A DNA stretch of 64,000 bases from Rhodoglobus sp. (GTDB lineage Bacteria; Actinomycetota; Actinomycetes; Actinomycetales; Microbacteriaceae). The stretch spans positions 6,756 to 70,755 of the forward strand of contig JBOFDJ010000074.1 in the NCBI GenBank assembly GCA_051646885.1, given 5' to 3'. Under the pieces are notes generated by a model. That model had not been told where the DNA came from. It saw nothing but the letters and a program-made list of their open reading frames with translations, and searched no databases. Below are positions 1 to 13,568 of this stretch, in pieces; the first letter of the stretch is position 1, and each line of letters begins with the position of its first letter. The position numbers and the translations under genes were made by a program.

Positions 1-278
1 CACTCGGTGTTCAAGGTTCCGGCTGGGCTGTTTTGGCTTGGGACTCGATAGGTCAAAACCTTATTGTTGTGCAATTTTTCGATCAGCAAGGAAATCTTCC
101 CGCGGGTATAATTCCTGTGCTTATGCTCGATGTTTGGGAGCATGCGTACTATTTGGACTACAAAAACGTTCGCGCAGAATACATTAAAGCGTTCTGGAAC
201 ATTGCAAACTGGGAGAATGCGCAGCAGCGGTTTGATGTTGCGCGTGAAAAGACTAGCGGCCTGCTGCTACTGTCGTAG
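1..278 (+). CDS. sodA: Fe/Mn superoxide dismutase, C-terminal part (5' truncated by window)
   Basis: Signature DVWEHAYYLDYKN; reading frame is open back to the window start. Confidence 0.93.
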   Translation, partial: LGVQGSGWAVLAWDSIGQNLIVVQFFDQQGNLPAGIIPVLMLDVWEHAYYLDYKNVRAEYIKAFWNIANWENAQQRFDVAREKTSGLLLLS

Positions 279-416
279 CGGCATGGCGGCTGCAGTCTGA
301 GTAATTTCGCTTCCACCATCACCATATTCCACCACCACAACATATGCTGAGCGATTCGCCGAGGGCGATCTCTCGGTTCCATCACGACAGTGGCTTTACG
401 GGGTCCTGTCACATAA

Positions 417-1439
<1,023 letters not shown>

Positions 1440-1453
1440 GCCATTGCGGGACT

Positions 1454-2671
1454 ATGTCAATTCATACCCTTGAGCAGTGCGGTGATCTGAGAGGCAGAAA
1501 AGTCATCCTTCGCTGTGATCTGAACGTTCCCTTGAACGAAGGCCACATTTCTGATGATGGGCGCATTCGTGCTTCCTTGCCGACTATCGCAAGGTTAGTT
1601 GAGGCTGGTGCACAAGTTGTTGTGCTGTCTCATCTGGGACGCCCAGACGGGAAGCCTGAACCTCGCTACAGCCTGGCACCGGTGGCCTCGCGTATCAGCG
1701 AGTTATTGGGTCAACAGATAGCTTTCGCAACAGACGTCGTAGGGGTGGCAGCGACTGCGGCGGTGGCCGAGCTTCGGGACGGTGATGTTCTTCTTCTAGA
1801 AAATCTGCGCTTCGATCCACGAGAAGCCAGCAAAGATGAGGGTGAGCGTGCTGAGTTTGCAGCAGAACTAGCTCGCTTCGGAGATTTCTTTGTCTCCGAT
1901 GGATTTGGCGTTGTGCATCGAAAACAAGCGAGCGTCTATGAACTGGCAAAGGCATTACCGAGCTGCGCCGGGCTTCTCATTCAGAAAGAATGCGAAGTGC
2001 TTGAAAAGCTTACTGTCGCTCCCTCGAAACCGTATACCGTCGTGCTCGGGGGCTCGAAGGTCTCCGATAAGCTTGATGTCATCGGCGCTCTTCTGCCGAA
2101 AGTTGATCGACTGCTGATCGGCGGGGGCATGGTGTTCACTTTTCTCGCGGCACGTGGTTACGCCGTCGGAGCCAGCATTCTTGACAGTGATCAGATAGCG
2201 ACCGTGCAGCGCTACATCACTGAGGCAGAAAGCCTGGGTGTTGAGATCATCCTTCCGACCGATATCGTGGTTGCCTCAGAGTTTTCTGTCGATGCTGAGT
2301 ACGTCACCGTGGCAGTGGATTCCCTAGAAAATACGAAATTTGGTGTCACGGGTCTCGGACTTGATATCGGCCCAGAAAGCTCGGAACGCTTCAGTTCGGT
2401 AATTGTAGACTCCCAAACGGTGTTTTGGAACGGCCCTATGGGGGTATTTGAGTTCACCCCATTTGCTGCAGGAACGCGTGCTGTGGCATCCGCGGTTTCT
2501 CAGTGCAAAGGTTTCGGAGTAGTAGGCGGTGGTGATTCTGCTGCGGCGGTTCGAGCACTGGGTTTTGCTGACGAGCAATTCGGTCATATTTCGACTGGTG
2601 GTGGTGCGAGTCTCGAGTTTCTTGAGGGCAAGCCACTTCCTGGCTTGGAGGTTTTGGGATGGCAACGTTAG
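1454..2671 (+). CDS. pgk: Phosphoglycerate kinase
   Basis: RCDLNVP, LENLRF, GGSKVSDK, VGGGDS, STGGGASLE motifs; follows gap. Confidence 0.99.
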   Translation: MSIHTLEQCGDLRGRKVILRCDLNVPLNEGHISDDGRIRASLPTIARLVEAGAQVVVLSHLGRPDGKPEPRYSLAPVASRISELLGQQIAFATDVVGVAATAAVAELRDGDVLLLENLRFDPREASKDEGERAEFAAELARFGDFFVSDGFGVVHRKQASVYELAKALPSCAGLLIQKECEVLEKLTVAPSKPYTVVLGGSKVSDKLDVIGALLPKVDRLLIGGGMVFTFLAARGYAVGASILDSDQIATVQRYITEAESLGVEIILPTDIVVASEFSVDAEYVTVAVDSLENTKFGVTGLGLDIGPESSERFSSVIVDSQTVFWNGPMGVFEFTPFAAGTRAVASAVSQCKGFGVVGGGDSAAAVRALGFADEQFGHISTGGGASLEFLEGKPLPGLEVLGWQR

Positions 2672-3456
2672 GGCGCGTTCCGCTTATCGCGGGGAATTGG
2701 AAGATGAACCTCGATCATCTTCAGTCAATTGCTTTTGTGCAGAAACTCGCATGGACTCTGAAGGATGCGCGACACGATTTCGGTATCGATGGTGCCGAAA
2801 TCGCAGTGTTTCCGCCTTTTACCGACGTGCGCTCGGTGCAGAATCTTATCGTTGCAGACAAACTAGAGATTGTCTTTGGAGCCCAGGATGTATCAGAACA
2901 CGAGTCTGGTGCCTACACCGGTGAGATATCAGCTTCTTTTCTTGCGGCGCTGGAGTGCCGTTATGTGATCGTTGGCCATTCCGAGCGAAGAGCACTACAT
3001 AACGAAACCGATGATCAAATCGGCCGTAAAGTGGCAGCAGCTCTCAAGCATGGGCTCGTTCCCGTGCTGTGTGTTGGAGAAACGGCAGAAGACCTTGACC
3101 GTCATGGCTCCAGCGCGGTACCGGTCGCGCAGCTGCGCGCTGCTCTCGCTGGTCTGAGCGGAACACCTGAGCTGGTGGTCGCCTACGAGCCTGTCTGGGC
3201 AATTGGGTCAGGTCAAGCGGCTACTCCTGATCAAGCGGAAAGTGTTGCAGCTAGATTGCGCGAAACTCTTGGTGAACTACTGGGTGGCTCGGTAGCCGAT
3301 GCCACCCGAATTCTCTATGGCGGCTCGGTCAAATCTGGGAACATTGCGGGCTTTATGCGCCAAGCTAATGTTGATGGTGCTCTTGTTGGGGGTGCCAGCC
3401 TTGATATTGCAGAGTTCGCCAGCATCGCTCGCTTCCAGAAGCACGTTGGAACCTGA
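2659..3456 (+). CDS. tpiA: Triosephosphate isomerase
   Basis: AGNWKMN, GHSERR, AYEPVWAIG, LYGGSV, LVGGASL. Confidence 0.99.
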   Translation: MATLGRVPLIAGNWKMNLDHLQSIAFVQKLAWTLKDARHDFGIDGAEIAVFPPFTDVRSVQNLIVADKLEIVFGAQDVSEHESGAYTGEISASFLAALECRYVIVGHSERRALHNETDDQIGRKVAAALKHGLVPVLCVGETAEDLDRHGSSAVPVAQLRAALAGLSGTPELVVAYEPVWAIGSGQAATPDQAESVAARLRETLGELLGGSVADATRILYGGSVKSGNIAGFMRQANVDGALVGGASLDIAEFASIARFQKHVGT

Positions 3457-3488
3457 GTTAGACTATATCCAGTGTGTGAAAGGTTGAT

Positions 3489-3740
3489 GTGGTGGAAATT
3501 CTTCAAGTCGTAGTGCAAGTGGTGCTTGGTGTCACCAGCCTGCTACTAACGTTGCTTATTTTGCTTCATCGCGGTCGGGGTGGTGGTCTTTCCGATATGT
3601 TCGGCGGCGGTGTGACATCTAACCTAGGCGCATCGGGTGTTGCAGAGCGAAATCTGAATCGTATTACTGTCGTTCTCGGGATTGTATGGATATCCTGTGT
3701 CGTGGTTCTCGGTCTTATTACCAAATTCAGTGGCGTTTAG
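3489..3740 (+). CDS. secG: Preprotein translocase subunit SecG
   Basis: Two TM segments flanking HRGRGGGLSDMFGGG; position after tpiA. Confidence 0.95.
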   Translation: MVEILQVVVQVVLGVTSLLLTLLILLHRGRGGGLSDMFGGGVTSNLGASGVAERNLNRITVVLGIVWISCVVVLGLITKFSGV

Positions 3741-3779
3741 CGCGCATCCGACTGAGAAAGTTTTGAATTTAGGAGCATC

Positions 3780-4142
3780 ATGGCGTCAGGTGGAAATGCA
3801 ATTAGGGGCTCCCGTGTTGGTGCCGGTCCTATGGGTGAGCAGGATCGTGGTTTCCATGCTGACCGTATTCAGGTTTCTTATTGGGATGAGATGGGTAACG
3901 AAACCATCCGTAATTTTGCGGCGAATCTTCCTGAAGAAGAGATCCCTGAGATCATAGATTCTCCATCGAGCGGACTTCCCGCTGGTCGCGATAAAGACAA
4001 CCCACCCTTGGTGGCTAAGCTTGAGCCATACAAAACTCATCTTGCCTATGTTAAAGAACGTCGAACCGAAGAAGAAGCCGCGCAACTCTTGGAAGAGGCA
4101 CTCATGCAACTTCGTGTGCGCCGAGGAACTGTTGTTAACTAA
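3780..4142 (+). CDS. rbpA: RNA polymerase-binding protein RbpA
   Basis: AIRGSRVGAG N-terminus and KTHLAYVKERRTEEEA sigma-interaction helix typical of actinobacterial RbpA. Confidence 0.9.
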   Translation: MASGGNAIRGSRVGAGPMGEQDRGFHADRIQVSYWDEMGNETIRNFAANLPEEEIPEIIDSPSSGLPAGRDKDNPPLVAKLEPYKTHLAYVKERRTEEEAAQLLEEALMQLRVRRGTVVN

Positions 4143-4186
4143 GACTGTTGACAACCCTGTATCGAGTGGAAGATAATTTTTTCTTC

Positions 4187-4993
4187 TTAGGGGGCGACGA
4201 GGTCCTCGTCTTTTTCTGTCCAGAACTCACCCGGCATGATGAGATTCTCGGGAACGTGAGCCGCGGCTTGACCATCGATAAAGAATATTGTTGTTTCTCG
4301 GCCTTCAACTCCCGCTGCGGGAACTTCGTTTGGGCTGGCACCGGCCAGGGTTAAGCCTAGGGCGGCAGCTTTATCGGCACCGGACGCCACCAGCCATATC
4401 TGTGAGGAGGAGTTGATGGCTGCAAGAGTGAGGCTTAATCTCTCAGGTGGAGGTTTGGGGGAGTTACGAACGGGGACCACACTTTTTTCGTCCTCACGGA
4501 TTTCGGCACGATCAGGAAAAAGTGACGCGATATGTCCATCAGGGCCCATGCCAAGGAAGGTTATATCGAAATCTGGCAACGAAGAACCCGACGGAGTGTG
4601 GGCAGCGATCTGGTCTGCATATTGCACAGAAGCTGCGACGAGGTCTATGCCGGAGTCAGACGTCGCATAAGGATGAACTCGGGCCGGGTCGAGCGCGATA
4701 TGGTCGAGGAGGGCTGCACGCGACTGAGTTTCATTGCGATCAGCGTGTCCTGCGGGGAGCCAGCGCTCATCACCCCACCAGACTGTGACCCGGCTCCAAT
4801 CCAGGTCGTCACGCATCGGTGAGGCATTGATCGCTTCAAGAACTGCAGCGCCCATAGTCCCTCCGGTCAAGACGACCGATGCTTCACCACGTTCAGCGAT
4901 GAGCTCCATCATGGCGTCGATAAACCGGTGAGCTACTGCGGTAGCCAGAGTGAATTTATCGGGATGAACTATCACCTGCCGCTCGCTGGTCAT
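4187..4993 (-). CDS. pgl: 6-phosphogluconolactonase
   Basis: LTGG, WWGDERW, LGMGPDGHIASLFP, PKPPPERLSLT; start moved to the ATG overlapping the opcA stop. Confidence 0.96.
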   Translation of the reverse strand: MTSERQVIVHPDKFTLATAVAHRFIDAMMELIAERGEASVVLTGGTMGAAVLEAINASPMRDDLDWSRVTVWWGDERWLPAGHADRNETQSRAALLDHIALDPARVHPYATSDSGIDLVAASVQYADQIAAHTPSGSSLPDFDITFLGMGPDGHIASLFPDRAEIREDEKSVVPVRNSPKPPPERLSLTLAAINSSSQIWLVASGADKAAALGLTLAGASPNEVPAAGVEGRETTIFFIDGQAAAHVPENLIMPGEFWTEKDEDLVAP

Positions 4994-5964
4994 GAGTTGG
5001 CACCAGTAATCTCTTCGGTCACCGCGGGGTTGGCTAATTGCTTTACACCGTGTTGGACTACGGAACCGAACAACTCGTCTGGGTCGAGTCTTCGTAACTC
5101 TTCGGCGAGACAATCGCGCAGGTTTCGGCGGGGGAGTGAAATATCGTGGACCGGTTGATTGGGCTGCATCAGTGTTGCAACGTTAGATAGGCTGCGCTCA
5201 AGTTTGATTGGTCCTGCTTCGCGAATGAGTTTTACCCCGTGGATTCCACTGTTCTCTTGCGATGGAGGAGTAACGGTCAGAGCAACCTCAACTTTGAGTT
5301 GCCACTGCAGCCAAGCGGCAAGCAAAACAGTGGACGGCGAGTTAGATGAACCATGAACCTCAATTGCAGTGACGGCCTGGTACGGCGGTTGGTCAAGCAC
5401 TGCAGCAAGCTGCGCCCGCCACAGTGTCAGTCGTGTCCAAGCGAAGTCAGTGTCTCCAGGTTCATAGGAATCCGCAAGAGTCGTCAGCGCCTGCTGAGGG
5501 TTGCTGCTTGCTGCTGCATCAGTAATCCTACGCTGAGCAATGCGACCGATAGCGGATTGCGACACACGGCTCGGAGCATCTCCTGGCCACCACGCCACTA
5601 CGGGAGCGTCGGGTAGCAACAGGCCAGTCACCAGGCTTTCCTGATCGCGCGAGGCGTCCCCATACGCTCTGACAACCACAACCTCGCTGGCCCCGGCATC
5701 TCCACCAACCCGGATCTGTGCATCGACTTTTGCGGTAACACCGCTGTTCTCTTGATCACCACCCGTTGACACGACAATGACGCGCATGGGGTGTTCACGT
5801 GAGGCGTCGTTTGCCGCCTCGATTGCTTCTTCTTCTTCACCATGACGCGTCGAGATGATGAGAGTCAGAACGCGCCCTAGGGCTACGGCTCCTCCTTCTT
5901 CTCGAATTTTCACGAGTGTTTTTGATATTTGGCTTGAGGTTGTGTTGGGCAAATCAACGATCAT
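4990..5964 (-). CDS. opcA: Glucose-6-phosphate dehydrogenase assembly protein OpcA
   Basis: [31 protein letters not shown]; lies between zwf and pgl. Confidence 0.93.
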   Translation of the reverse strand: MIVDLPNTTSSQISKTLVKIREEGGAVALGRVLTLIISTRHGEEEEAIEAANDASREHPMRVIVVSTGGDQENSGVTAKVDAQIRVGGDAGASEVVVVRAYGDASRDQESLVTGLLLPDAPVVAWWPGDAPSRVSQSAIGRIAQRRITDAAASSNPQQALTTLADSYEPGDTDFAWTRLTLWRAQLAAVLDQPPYQAVTAIEVHGSSNSPSTVLLAAWLQWQLKVEVALTVTPPSQENSGIHGVKLIREAGPIKLERSLSNVATLMQPNQPVHDISLPRRNLRDCLAEELRRLDPDELFGSVVQHGVKQLANPAVTEEITGANS

Positions 5965-7502
5965 GGTCGTCTCCAGGTTCTACCATCACGGGCCATGAGG
6001 TCATCTGCGGAGGAGGGCCCCCAGGTTCCCGGACGGTACTGTTCAGGTTGTCCTTGGGTTGCCCAGTACTGCTCAATCGGATCTAGTATTTTCCAACTGA
6101 GTTCAACCTCCTCATGACGAGGAAATAGCGGTGGATCGCCCAACAGCACATCAAGGATCAAGCGCTCGTATGCTTCGGGGCTGGCTTCGGTGAACGCATG
6201 ACCGTATCCAAAGTCCATGGTCACGTCTCGTACTTGCATTCCTGCTCCAGGAACTTTCGATCCGAACCGGATTGTCACTCCCTCGTCCGGCTGAACACGG
6301 ATCACGAGAGCATTTTGACCAAGCGCTGAGGTTTGACTTTCGGCAAAAAGATACTGCGGCGCTCTGGCGAAGACAACGGCGATCTCAGTCACACGACGAC
6401 CCAACCGTTTTCCAGTACGAAGATAGAAAGGAACTCCAGCCCATCGCCTAGTCCCTATATCAAGCCGGATGGCGGCAAAAGTTTCGGTTGTTGATTGAGG
6501 GTTCATTCCCTCTTCTTCGAGGAAACCGAGCACTTTTTCACCCCCAGACCAACCACCAGAATACTGTCCGCGTGCAGTGTGCTTGCCGAGATCCCGGGGA
6601 ATCCGTACAGCCGACAACACTTTCTCCTTTTCGGCGCGCAGATCGGCAGCATCGAACGAGACAGGCTCTTCCATAGCGGTGAGGGCAAGCAGTTGCAGCA
6701 GATGGTTCTGGATGACGTCCCGCGCGGCACCTATTCCGTCGTAATATCCTGCGCGACCACTTACCCCCACATCTTCGGCCATCGTAATCTGCACATGATC
6801 GACGTAGTTTGCATTCCATAGGGGTTCGAAAAGCTGGTTCGCGAAACGTAGTGCCAGGATATTCTGTACTGTTTCTTTACCCAAATAATGATCGATTCGG
6901 AACACGCTGTCTGGGGGAAACACTGATTCAACGACACTATTCAATGTGCGAGCAGTCGTCAGATCGCTGCCGAATGGTTTTTCAATAACAACTCGACGCC
7001 ATTGCCCGTCTTGCTGCTGCGCCAACCCAGAATCTCTTAGCCGCTCGGTGACTTCGGGAAACGATTTTGGAGGAATTGAGAGGTAAAAAGCGTGGTTACC
7101 CATTGTTCCACGATCACGATCAAGTTCTTCGATCGTGATCTTCAGCCGAGTAAAGGCTGCGGCGTCATCGAATTCACCCTGGACAAAGCGTATTCCTCGC
7201 GCGAGTTGTGCCCACACCTCTTCATCAAAAGGCGTGCGGGAGTAGAGCTTAACTGCGTCATGGACAACCTCCTCGAAGTCTTGGTTGTTCCAGTCGCGCC
7301 GCGCGAAGCCGACAAGCGCAAAGCCGGGTGGCAATAGCCCACGATTGGCGAGATCGTAGACCGCTGGCATCAGCTTCTTACGGGAAAGATCGCCGGTGAC
7401 GCCAAAAATGACCAGACCACTAGGCCCAGCAATTCGATTAAGCCTGCGATCAGAAAGCAATCTCAGCGGGTTGAAATCGGCTGTAATTTCCACAGGTGAC
7501 AT
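5961..7502 (-). CDS. zwf: Glucose-6-phosphate 1-dehydrogenase
   Basis: [37 protein letters not shown]. Confidence 0.99.
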   Translation of the reverse strand: MSPVEITADFNPLRLLSDRRLNRIAGPSGLVIFGVTGDLSRKKLMPAVYDLANRGLLPPGFALVGFARRDWNNQDFEEVVHDAVKLYSRTPFDEEVWAQLARGIRFVQGEFDDAAAFTRLKITIEELDRDRGTMGNHAFYLSIPPKSFPEVTERLRDSGLAQQQDGQWRRVVIEKPFGSDLTTARTLNSVVESVFPPDSVFRIDHYLGKETVQNILALRFANQLFEPLWNANYVDHVQITMAEDVGVSGRAGYYDGIGAARDVIQNHLLQLLALTAMEEPVSFDAADLRAEKEKVLSAVRIPRDLGKHTARGQYSGGWSGGEKVLGFLEEEGMNPQSTTETFAAIRLDIGTRRWAGVPFYLRTGKRLGRRVTEIAVVFARAPQYLFAESQTSALGQNALVIRVQPDEGVTIRFGSKVPGAGMQVRDVTMDFGYGHAFTEASPEAYERLILDVLLGDPPLFPRHEEVELSWKILDPIEQYWATQGQPEQYRPGTWGPSSADDLMARDGRTWRRP

Positions 7503-7535
7503 GGTGCTGCTCCTAGAGTGCTCGATACCCGAATG

Positions 7536-9134
7536 TCAGTTGAGTGTGCCCAGGATGAGCGGTAGCGACACTGCCGGATCTTTCAGGTTGAGACTGAGGA
7601 CCGGGAGCCCAAGGTTGGCGAGTACACTCGCGTCGCCATCCGCTTGCGCGCGAATCAGTTGCCCAAACGTAAAAGGCCGATCCGGAATTTGAGCATCGAC
7701 CTCGTTATCAATGGTGATCTGCAGAAAGACGCCCACTGCTGGACCACCTTTGTGAAACTGGCCGGTGGAATGGAGAAACCGCGGCCCCCAACCAAAGGTG
7801 ACAGGTCGTTTCGTTGACCGTGCAACGTACTCACGAAGTAACGAGAATTCAGGATGCGCTACCCGGTCAACGTAAGCATGGATCGCAACATAACCATGAT
7901 CGGAAAGCTTCGCCAGAAGTGCGGCTATCGCCTCGCGGAGTTGGGTCACGCCCGTAACCACGTCTGCTGTTCCGCGGATTTCGATAGTGTCAACGACACA
8001 AACCGGTGCAGTTCTGGGGGATGGGTTATCGATCAGCGCGCGGGTGGCAATTTTGGCAGATTCGACATCGGGTTGGTCAAAAGGATTGATCCCCAGGATT
8101 CGGCCTGCTATCGCTGTGGCGTACTCCCACAGCAGAATCTGCGCCCCAAGACTTCCCGTGATTTCTATCTCACCGTCTGCGATCTTATGAGTGTCGTTCT
8201 TATCGCCCACAAGTCGAATAATCTGGAGATCGGCAATATTTTCTTCTAACTCTGGGGAGTCTGCGTCAAGAACAACGGGAAGAATCCCTGTCCCCAGCTT
8301 GCCGGTAGATTCCGCGATGAGCTGCTCAGCCCACTCCCCGAAACCCTGGATATGAGTGCCATCAGCCACGATCCCCAGCTTGTCTTTGAGCGGCTGAGTT
8401 CCCGCCATGGCAGCAGCCAACACAAGACCTGGGTTGCCGGGATGGTCAACAGAGAGATCAAGCATGACCGCTTCGGCCTCAGCGAGCAGCTCACTGATCT
8501 CTACTCCAGCCAAGCCAGAAGGAACAAGGCCAAATGCTGTGAGCGCTGAGTATCGACCACCAACCGTAGGATCCGCGTTGAACACCCGGTAGCCGGCGCT
8601 ACGAGCCGTGACATCAAGAGGGGAACCGGGATCCGTCACCACAATGATTCGCTTGCGTGGATCAATTCCTGCTTCAAGAAAATACTGCTCATAGACGCGT
8701 TTTTGGCTGTCTGTCTCCACAGTCGATCCAGATTTTGATGAAATCACCACGGCGGATGTTTCGAGACGGTCACTAAGTGCACGAAGAACCTGCCCGGGCT
8801 CTGTTGAGTCGAGAACTGTCAGCTCTTTGGCATAGGTGCGGGTGATCACTTCGGGGGCGAGAGAGGATCCACCCATTCCAGCGAGGACGATGTGATTAAT
8901 CCCGGACTCAAGGAGTTCAGAACGAAGACGAAATATCTCGTCAACCAAGGGACGAGACTGAGAAACAGCCTGAACCCACCCCAGCCGTTGAGCAGATTCT
9001 TCCTCTGCATTGTCACCCCAGAGGGTGGAGTCGCCCCCGGTGAGGCGACTTGCAATCAGGTCGTCGACAAGCTGCGGCACGAGTCGGTCAACTGCCTCGG
9101 CAGCAGCACCTGAGACCGCAATCTTTACAGTCAT
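7536..9134 (-). CDS. pgi: Glucose-6-phosphate isomerase (SIS-type, actinobacterial)
   Basis: [42 protein letters not shown]. Confidence 0.92.
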   Translation of the reverse strand: MTVKIAVSGAAAEAVDRLVPQLVDDLIASRLTGGDSTLWGDNAEEESAQRLGWVQAVSQSRPLVDEIFRLRSELLESGINHIVLAGMGGSSLAPEVITRTYAKELTVLDSTEPGQVLRALSDRLETSAVVISSKSGSTVETDSQKRVYEQYFLEAGIDPRKRIIVVTDPGSPLDVTARSAGYRVFNADPTVGGRYSALTAFGLVPSGLAGVEISELLAEAEAVMLDLSVDHPGNPGLVLAAAMAGTQPLKDKLGIVADGTHIQGFGEWAEQLIAESTGKLGTGILPVVLDADSPELEENIADLQIIRLVGDKNDTHKIADGEIEITGSLGAQILLWEYATAIAGRILGINPFDQPDVESAKIATRALIDNPSPRTAPVCVVDTIEIRGTADVVTGVTQLREAIAALLAKLSDHGYVAIHAYVDRVAHPEFSLLREYVARSTKRPVTFGWGPRFLHSTGQFHKGGPAVGVFLQITIDNEVDAQIPDRPFTFGQLIRAQADGDASVLANLGLPVLSLNLKDPAVSLPLILGTLN

Positions 9135-10243
9135 TTAGGGCTCTCCAGCGCCGCAGCAACAGTATCGAGCAATTCATTCCAGGAACCAATAAATTTCTCA
9201 ACACCCTCCTTTTCGAGCAGTGTTGTCACCTCGTCGTAAGAAATTCCTAAAGAATCGAGTTCGTCGAGTGTCGTATTTGCGTCGGCGTAGCGATCTGTTA
9301 CCTGATCGCCCGTGATCACGCCGTGGTTGAAGGTTGCTTCCAGCGTCTTTTCTGGCATGGTGTTGACTGTGTCATTGACGGCAAGCTCTGTGACATAGAG
9401 AGTGTCGGGAAGATCGGGATCTTTGACACCGGTTGATGCCCATAAGGGGCGCTGTTTATTTGCGCCGGCAGCCAACAGAACTTTGGCTCGCTCAGAGTCG
9501 AAAGACTGTTCATATACTTGATAGGCAAGTCGCGCGTTGGCAACTCCCGCCTTACTTTTGAGCCCTGTGGCTGTGTCGGTACCGATTGCGGCAAGTCGCT
9601 TATCGATCTCAGTATCAACACGCGACACGAAGAATGATGCGACTGAGTGGATACTGGATAGATCATGGCCGAATGCTTTCGCCTGCTCAAGGCCGGTGAG
9701 ATATGCATTGATCACCTCACGGTGACGCGACAAACTAAAAATTAGTGTGACATTGACGCTGATTCCTGCAGCGATCGTCGCCGTGATGGCCTCAAGCCCT
9801 TCCACGGTTGCCGGAATTTTGATCATCGCGTTTGGTCGGTTGACTTGTGACCACAGTTCCTGCGCCTGCTGGATCGTGCCTGCGGTGTCGTGAGCCAGCC
9901 CAGGCTCAACCTCGATTGAGACGCGACCATCTTGCCCGCCAGTCGTGTCGTAGACGGGGCGGAAAATGTCGCAGGCCGCGGCCACATCGCGGGTGGTGAT
10001 CTCGAACACCGCCTCGGTGACGGAGGACCCGGTTGAAGCCAGTTCTTTAATCTGCGCGTCGTAGGCTTCGCCCTTGGCTAAAGCGCTGGCGAAGATCGTT
10101 GGATTGGTTGTAACACCGACGACGTTACGTTCAGCTATCAGCTTTTCTAGCCCACCCGAGGTGATCCGTTCGCGGGATAAATCATCGAGCCAGATGCTGA
10201 CCCCTAATCCCGATAGTGCTTCAGTCGGAGTTTCTCTGCTCAT
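9131..10243 (-). CDS. tal: Transaldolase
   Basis: [41 protein letters not shown]. Confidence 0.98.
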   Translation of the reverse strand: MSRETPTEALSGLGVSIWLDDLSRERITSGGLEKLIAERNVVGVTTNPTIFASALAKGEAYDAQIKELASTGSSVTEAVFEITTRDVAAACDIFRPVYDTTGGQDGRVSIEVEPGLAHDTAGTIQQAQELWSQVNRPNAMIKIPATVEGLEAITATIAAGISVNVTLIFSLSRHREVINAYLTGLEQAKAFGHDLSSIHSVASFFVSRVDTEIDKRLAAIGTDTATGLKSKAGVANARLAYQVYEQSFDSERAKVLLAAGANKQRPLWASTGVKDPDLPDTLYVTELAVNDTVNTMPEKTLEATFNHGVITGDQVTDRYADANTTLDELDSLGISYDEVTTLLEKEGVEKFIGSWNELLDTVAAALESPK

Positions 10244-10269
10244 GATGCTCTTTTCTTTCTTTCCCGAGC

Positions 10270-12363
10270 CTAAACGGCTGCAAGCGATTCTTTAGCGGCG
10301 ATGACGGCGGCCTCGGCAGTGATGCCAAACTCTCGAAACAGAGTCTTGTAGTCAGCAGAGGCACCGAAATGTTCGATGGAGATGCTGCGGCCGGCATCTC
10401 CGACGTATTCGCGCCACGTTAGGGCGAGACCCGCTTCGATGGAAACCCGTGCTGTGATCGCGGCAGGTAATACTGACTCGCGGTATGCAGCATCCTGCTC
10501 ATCAAACCATTCGAGGCACGGTGCCGACACGACCCGGGCGTTGATCCCTTCACTCGTGAGGATTTCGCGGGCGGCAATGGCGATCTGAACCTCAGAGCCG
10601 GTAGCGATGAAGATAACATCGGGCGATCCGTTGGGAGCTTCCGCGAGTACATAAGCCCCCTTGGCTACGTGGTGGGCCGAGGCGAATACGTCACCGTTCG
10701 CAAGGTCATCACCTCGCTCGAAAACAGGAACATTTTGTCGCGTCAGAGCAATTCCCGCAGGACCCTCCCGGCGTTCGAGGATCGTTTTCCACGCCCACGC
10801 AGTTTCGTTTGCATCACTAGGCCTCACGATGTCAAGACCAGGGATTGCCCGCAAAGTAGAGAGCTGTTCGATCGGTTGGTGTGTTGGGCCATCTTCGCCC
10901 AGCGCCACTGAGTCGTGGGTCCAGACAAAGACTGACGGCGATTTCATGAGTGCGGCGAGGCGCACTGCGGGACGCATGTAGTCACTAAAAATTAGAAAAG
11001 TGCCACCGTAAGGACGAGTGTTGCCGTGCAACACAATGCCATTAAGGATGGCGGCCATCGCGTGCTCACGGATGCCAAAGTGCAAAGTTCGTCCGTAAGG
11101 ATTACCCGTCCACTCATGGGTAGAATGCTCGCTCGGAATAAACGACGGCGCGCCTTCGATCGTGGTGTTATTGGATTCTGCAAGGTCGGCTGAGCCGCCC
11201 CACAACTCAGGAATGACAGCGCCGAGTGCGCCTAACACCTTTCCGCTGGCAGCACGGGTTGACAGTTCTTTTCCTGCTTCGAAAACCGGCAGGGCTTCGA
11301 CAACGCCCTCAGGAAGCTCTCCTGAGGTGATTCGGTCGAGCAAGACCTTTTTCGAGGGATTGGCTTGCGCCCACGTCCCGAAAGAGACATTCCACTCAGC
11401 ACGGGCTTCTGCTCCACGATCAACAGCCTTACGCGTGTGGTTGATGGTCTTAGCCGACACTTCGAATGTCTTCTGCGGATCGAATCCTAGAAGCTCCTTA
11501 ACTCCCGCAAGTTCTTCTGCGCCAAGGGCGGAGCCGTGTATCTTGCCCGTGTTTTGTTTTTTGGGGCTCGGCCAGCCAATGATGGTGTTGAGGATAATCA
11601 GGCTGGGCCTATCGGTTACATCCTGCGCAGCCGAAATAGCTGCATAAAGTTCAACAACGTCTTCGTTGTAGGTGCCGTTCTTTTTCCAGTCGACAACTTG
11701 CACATGCCAGTGGTAAGACTCGTAACGCATCTTCACATCTTCTGTGAAGGCGATGTTGGTGTCGTCCTCAATCGATATCTGGTTTGAGTCGTAGATCGCA
11801 ATCAGATTTCCCAATTGCTGATGCCCGGCAAGGGATGATGCCTCGCTGGAGACGCCTTCCTGGAGGTCACCGTCGCCGGCAATGACGTAAACGAAGTGAT
11901 CAAAGGGACTAGTGCCGATTTCAGCATCTGGGTCAAACAAACCGCGCTCATATCGTGATGCATAGGCAAAACCCACCGCCGAGGCGATGCCCTGGCCAAG
12001 GGGTCCGGTGGTAATTTCGACACCATCAGTATGTCCGTACTCAGGGTGTCCCGGGGTTTTTGAGCCCCAAGTGCGTAGCGCCTTAAGGTCGTCCAGTTCC
12101 AGACCGTAACCGCCAAGATAAAGCTGCACATATTGGGTGAGAGAGCTGTGCCCAGCCGAGAGAATGAATCTGTCACGTCCAATCCACGTCGCATCTCGAG
12201 GGTCATGACGCATCACCTTCTGAAACAACAAATACGCCACGGGTGCCAGACTCATTGCTGTGCCCGGATGCCCATTTCCTACCTTCTCTACTGCATCTGC
12301 AGCGAGAATTTTGGCGGTATCTACTGCCCTAATGTCATGGGGATCCCATTGGAGAGTTGCCAC
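10270..12363 (-). CDS. tkt: Transketolase
   Basis: [38 protein letters not shown]; start set at GTG 12363 behind a GAAGGG RBS (the ORF track extends further upstream). Confidence 0.98.
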   Translation of the reverse strand: MATLQWDPHDIRAVDTAKILAADAVEKVGNGHPGTAMSLAPVAYLLFQKVMRHDPRDATWIGRDRFILSAGHSSLTQYVQLYLGGYGLELDDLKALRTWGSKTPGHPEYGHTDGVEITTGPLGQGIASAVGFAYASRYERGLFDPDAEIGTSPFDHFVYVIAGDGDLQEGVSSEASSLAGHQQLGNLIAIYDSNQISIEDDTNIAFTEDVKMRYESYHWHVQVVDWKKNGTYNEDVVELYAAISAAQDVTDRPSLIILNTIIGWPSPKKQNTGKIHGSALGAEELAGVKELLGFDPQKTFEVSAKTINHTRKAVDRGAEARAEWNVSFGTWAQANPSKKVLLDRITSGELPEGVVEALPVFEAGKELSTRAASGKVLGALGAVIPELWGGSADLAESNNTTIEGAPSFIPSEHSTHEWTGNPYGRTLHFGIREHAMAAILNGIVLHGNTRPYGGTFLIFSDYMRPAVRLAALMKSPSVFVWTHDSVALGEDGPTHQPIEQLSTLRAIPGLDIVRPSDANETAWAWKTILERREGPAGIALTRQNVPVFERGDDLANGDVFASAHHVAKGAYVLAEAPNGSPDVIFIATGSEVQIAIAAREILTSEGINARVVSAPCLEWFDEQDAAYRESVLPAAITARVSIEAGLALTWREYVGDAGRSISIEHFGASADYKTLFREFGITAEAAVIAAKESLAAV

Positions 12364-12647
12364 GAATTTCATACCCTTCTCAGACGTGGCGTGCCGAGCG
12401 TGTCGCCCGATACGCGGTGTTTGGTAGATCTGCTGGAGGACGACTTTGTCTCCACTGCGGACACCACAAACCGACGAAATAAATGAGGGAATCGAGATTG
12501 ATGCTGCAGAGGCAGGCCAGTCCAGTATAGAGAACAGCCATACCTTCTTGCGCACGTGTTACATCATGCAGATGCCGGGGACTCGAGGATACAGTGGAGA
12601 TCAGGCGGATCATGGAGAACATGCAGGTCATTTAGAATGAGAAAACT

Positions 12648-13568
12648 ATGGATACTGTGATCGCGCCCCGTCCCACAACGGAGCCCATCAGCATCCAGCG
12701 CAAGCTCAGTGCTTATATTGCCCTCACAAAACCGCGGGTAATCGAATTATTGCTTGTGACCACTGCTCCGGTAATGATTCTGGCCGCGGGAGAAATCCCG
12801 GACCTCTGGCTTGTGCTGGGGACGCTATTTGGTGGCACGATGAGCGCAAGTTCGGCGAACGCATTCAATTGCTATCTTGACCGCGATATTGACCGGGTTA
12901 TGGATCGCACCAAGAAACGACCACTGGTTACCGGAGAACTCAGTGATCGTGAAGCCGTTGTTTTTGCCTGGGCGTCTGGGACTGTATCCGTGCTCTTTTT
13001 CGGCCTGGTGATTAACTGGCTTGCAGCAGCACTGTCGCTTGCAGCGATTCTTTTCTACGTTTTTGTGTACACGCTTGTGCTGAAGCGTAGGACCCCACAG
13101 AATATCGTCTGGGGCGGAGCTGCTGGTTGCATGCCTGTGTTAATTGGATGGGCTTCTGTCACGGGCGACATTAGCTGGGCAGCCGTCATTCTCTTCGCCA
13201 TTGTTTTTCTCTGGACGCCCGCGCACTACTGGCCGTTGTCGATGAAGTACCGCTCCGACTATCAGTCGGTTAGCGTTCCCATGCTTGCTGTTGTCCGTGG
13301 GCGCGCCGTGGTTGGTCTGCAGATCATCCTGTATACATGGGCAACCGTTGTGTGCTCGCTGTTGCTGATTCCCATCGCCGAGCTAGGAATTCTTTACACC
13401 ACCGTTGCGGTTCTTAGCGGCGGTTGGTTTATCGTTGAGTCGCATCGTCTCTACAGCAGCACTATTTGGCACGACGACGTGCGCCCGATGCGCGTATTCC
13501 ATAGCTCAATTAGCTATCTCACCTTGGTTTTTCTCGCTGTGGGTATTGATCCTTTGCTCACTTTCTAA
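12648..13568 (+). CDS. ctaB: Heme o synthase (protoheme IX farnesyltransferase)
   Basis: LTKPRV, NCYLDRDIDRVMDRTKKRP, LKRRTPQNIVWGG, WTPAHYW. Confidence 0.96.
   Translation: MDTVIAPRPTTEPISIQRKLSAYIALTKPRVIELLLVTTAPVMILAAGEIPDLWLVLGTLFGGTMSASSANAFNCYLDRDIDRVMDRTKKRPLVTGELSDREAVVFAWASGTVSVLFFGLVINWLAAALSLAAILFYVFVYTLVLKRRTPQNIVWGGAAGCMPVLIGWASVTGDISWAAVILFAIVFLWTPAHYWPLSMKYRSDYQSVSVPMLAVVRGRAVVGLQIILYTWATVVCSLLLIPIAELGILYTTVAVLSGGWFIVESHRLYSSTIWHDDVRPMRVFHSSISYLTLVFLAVGIDPLLTF

Noticed and set aside
320-356. CAC/CCA-rich low-complexity run between sod and gap
   Set aside because: It is irregular and short, with no start codon or SD to support a His-leader peptide, and the downstream gene is unrelated to histidine.
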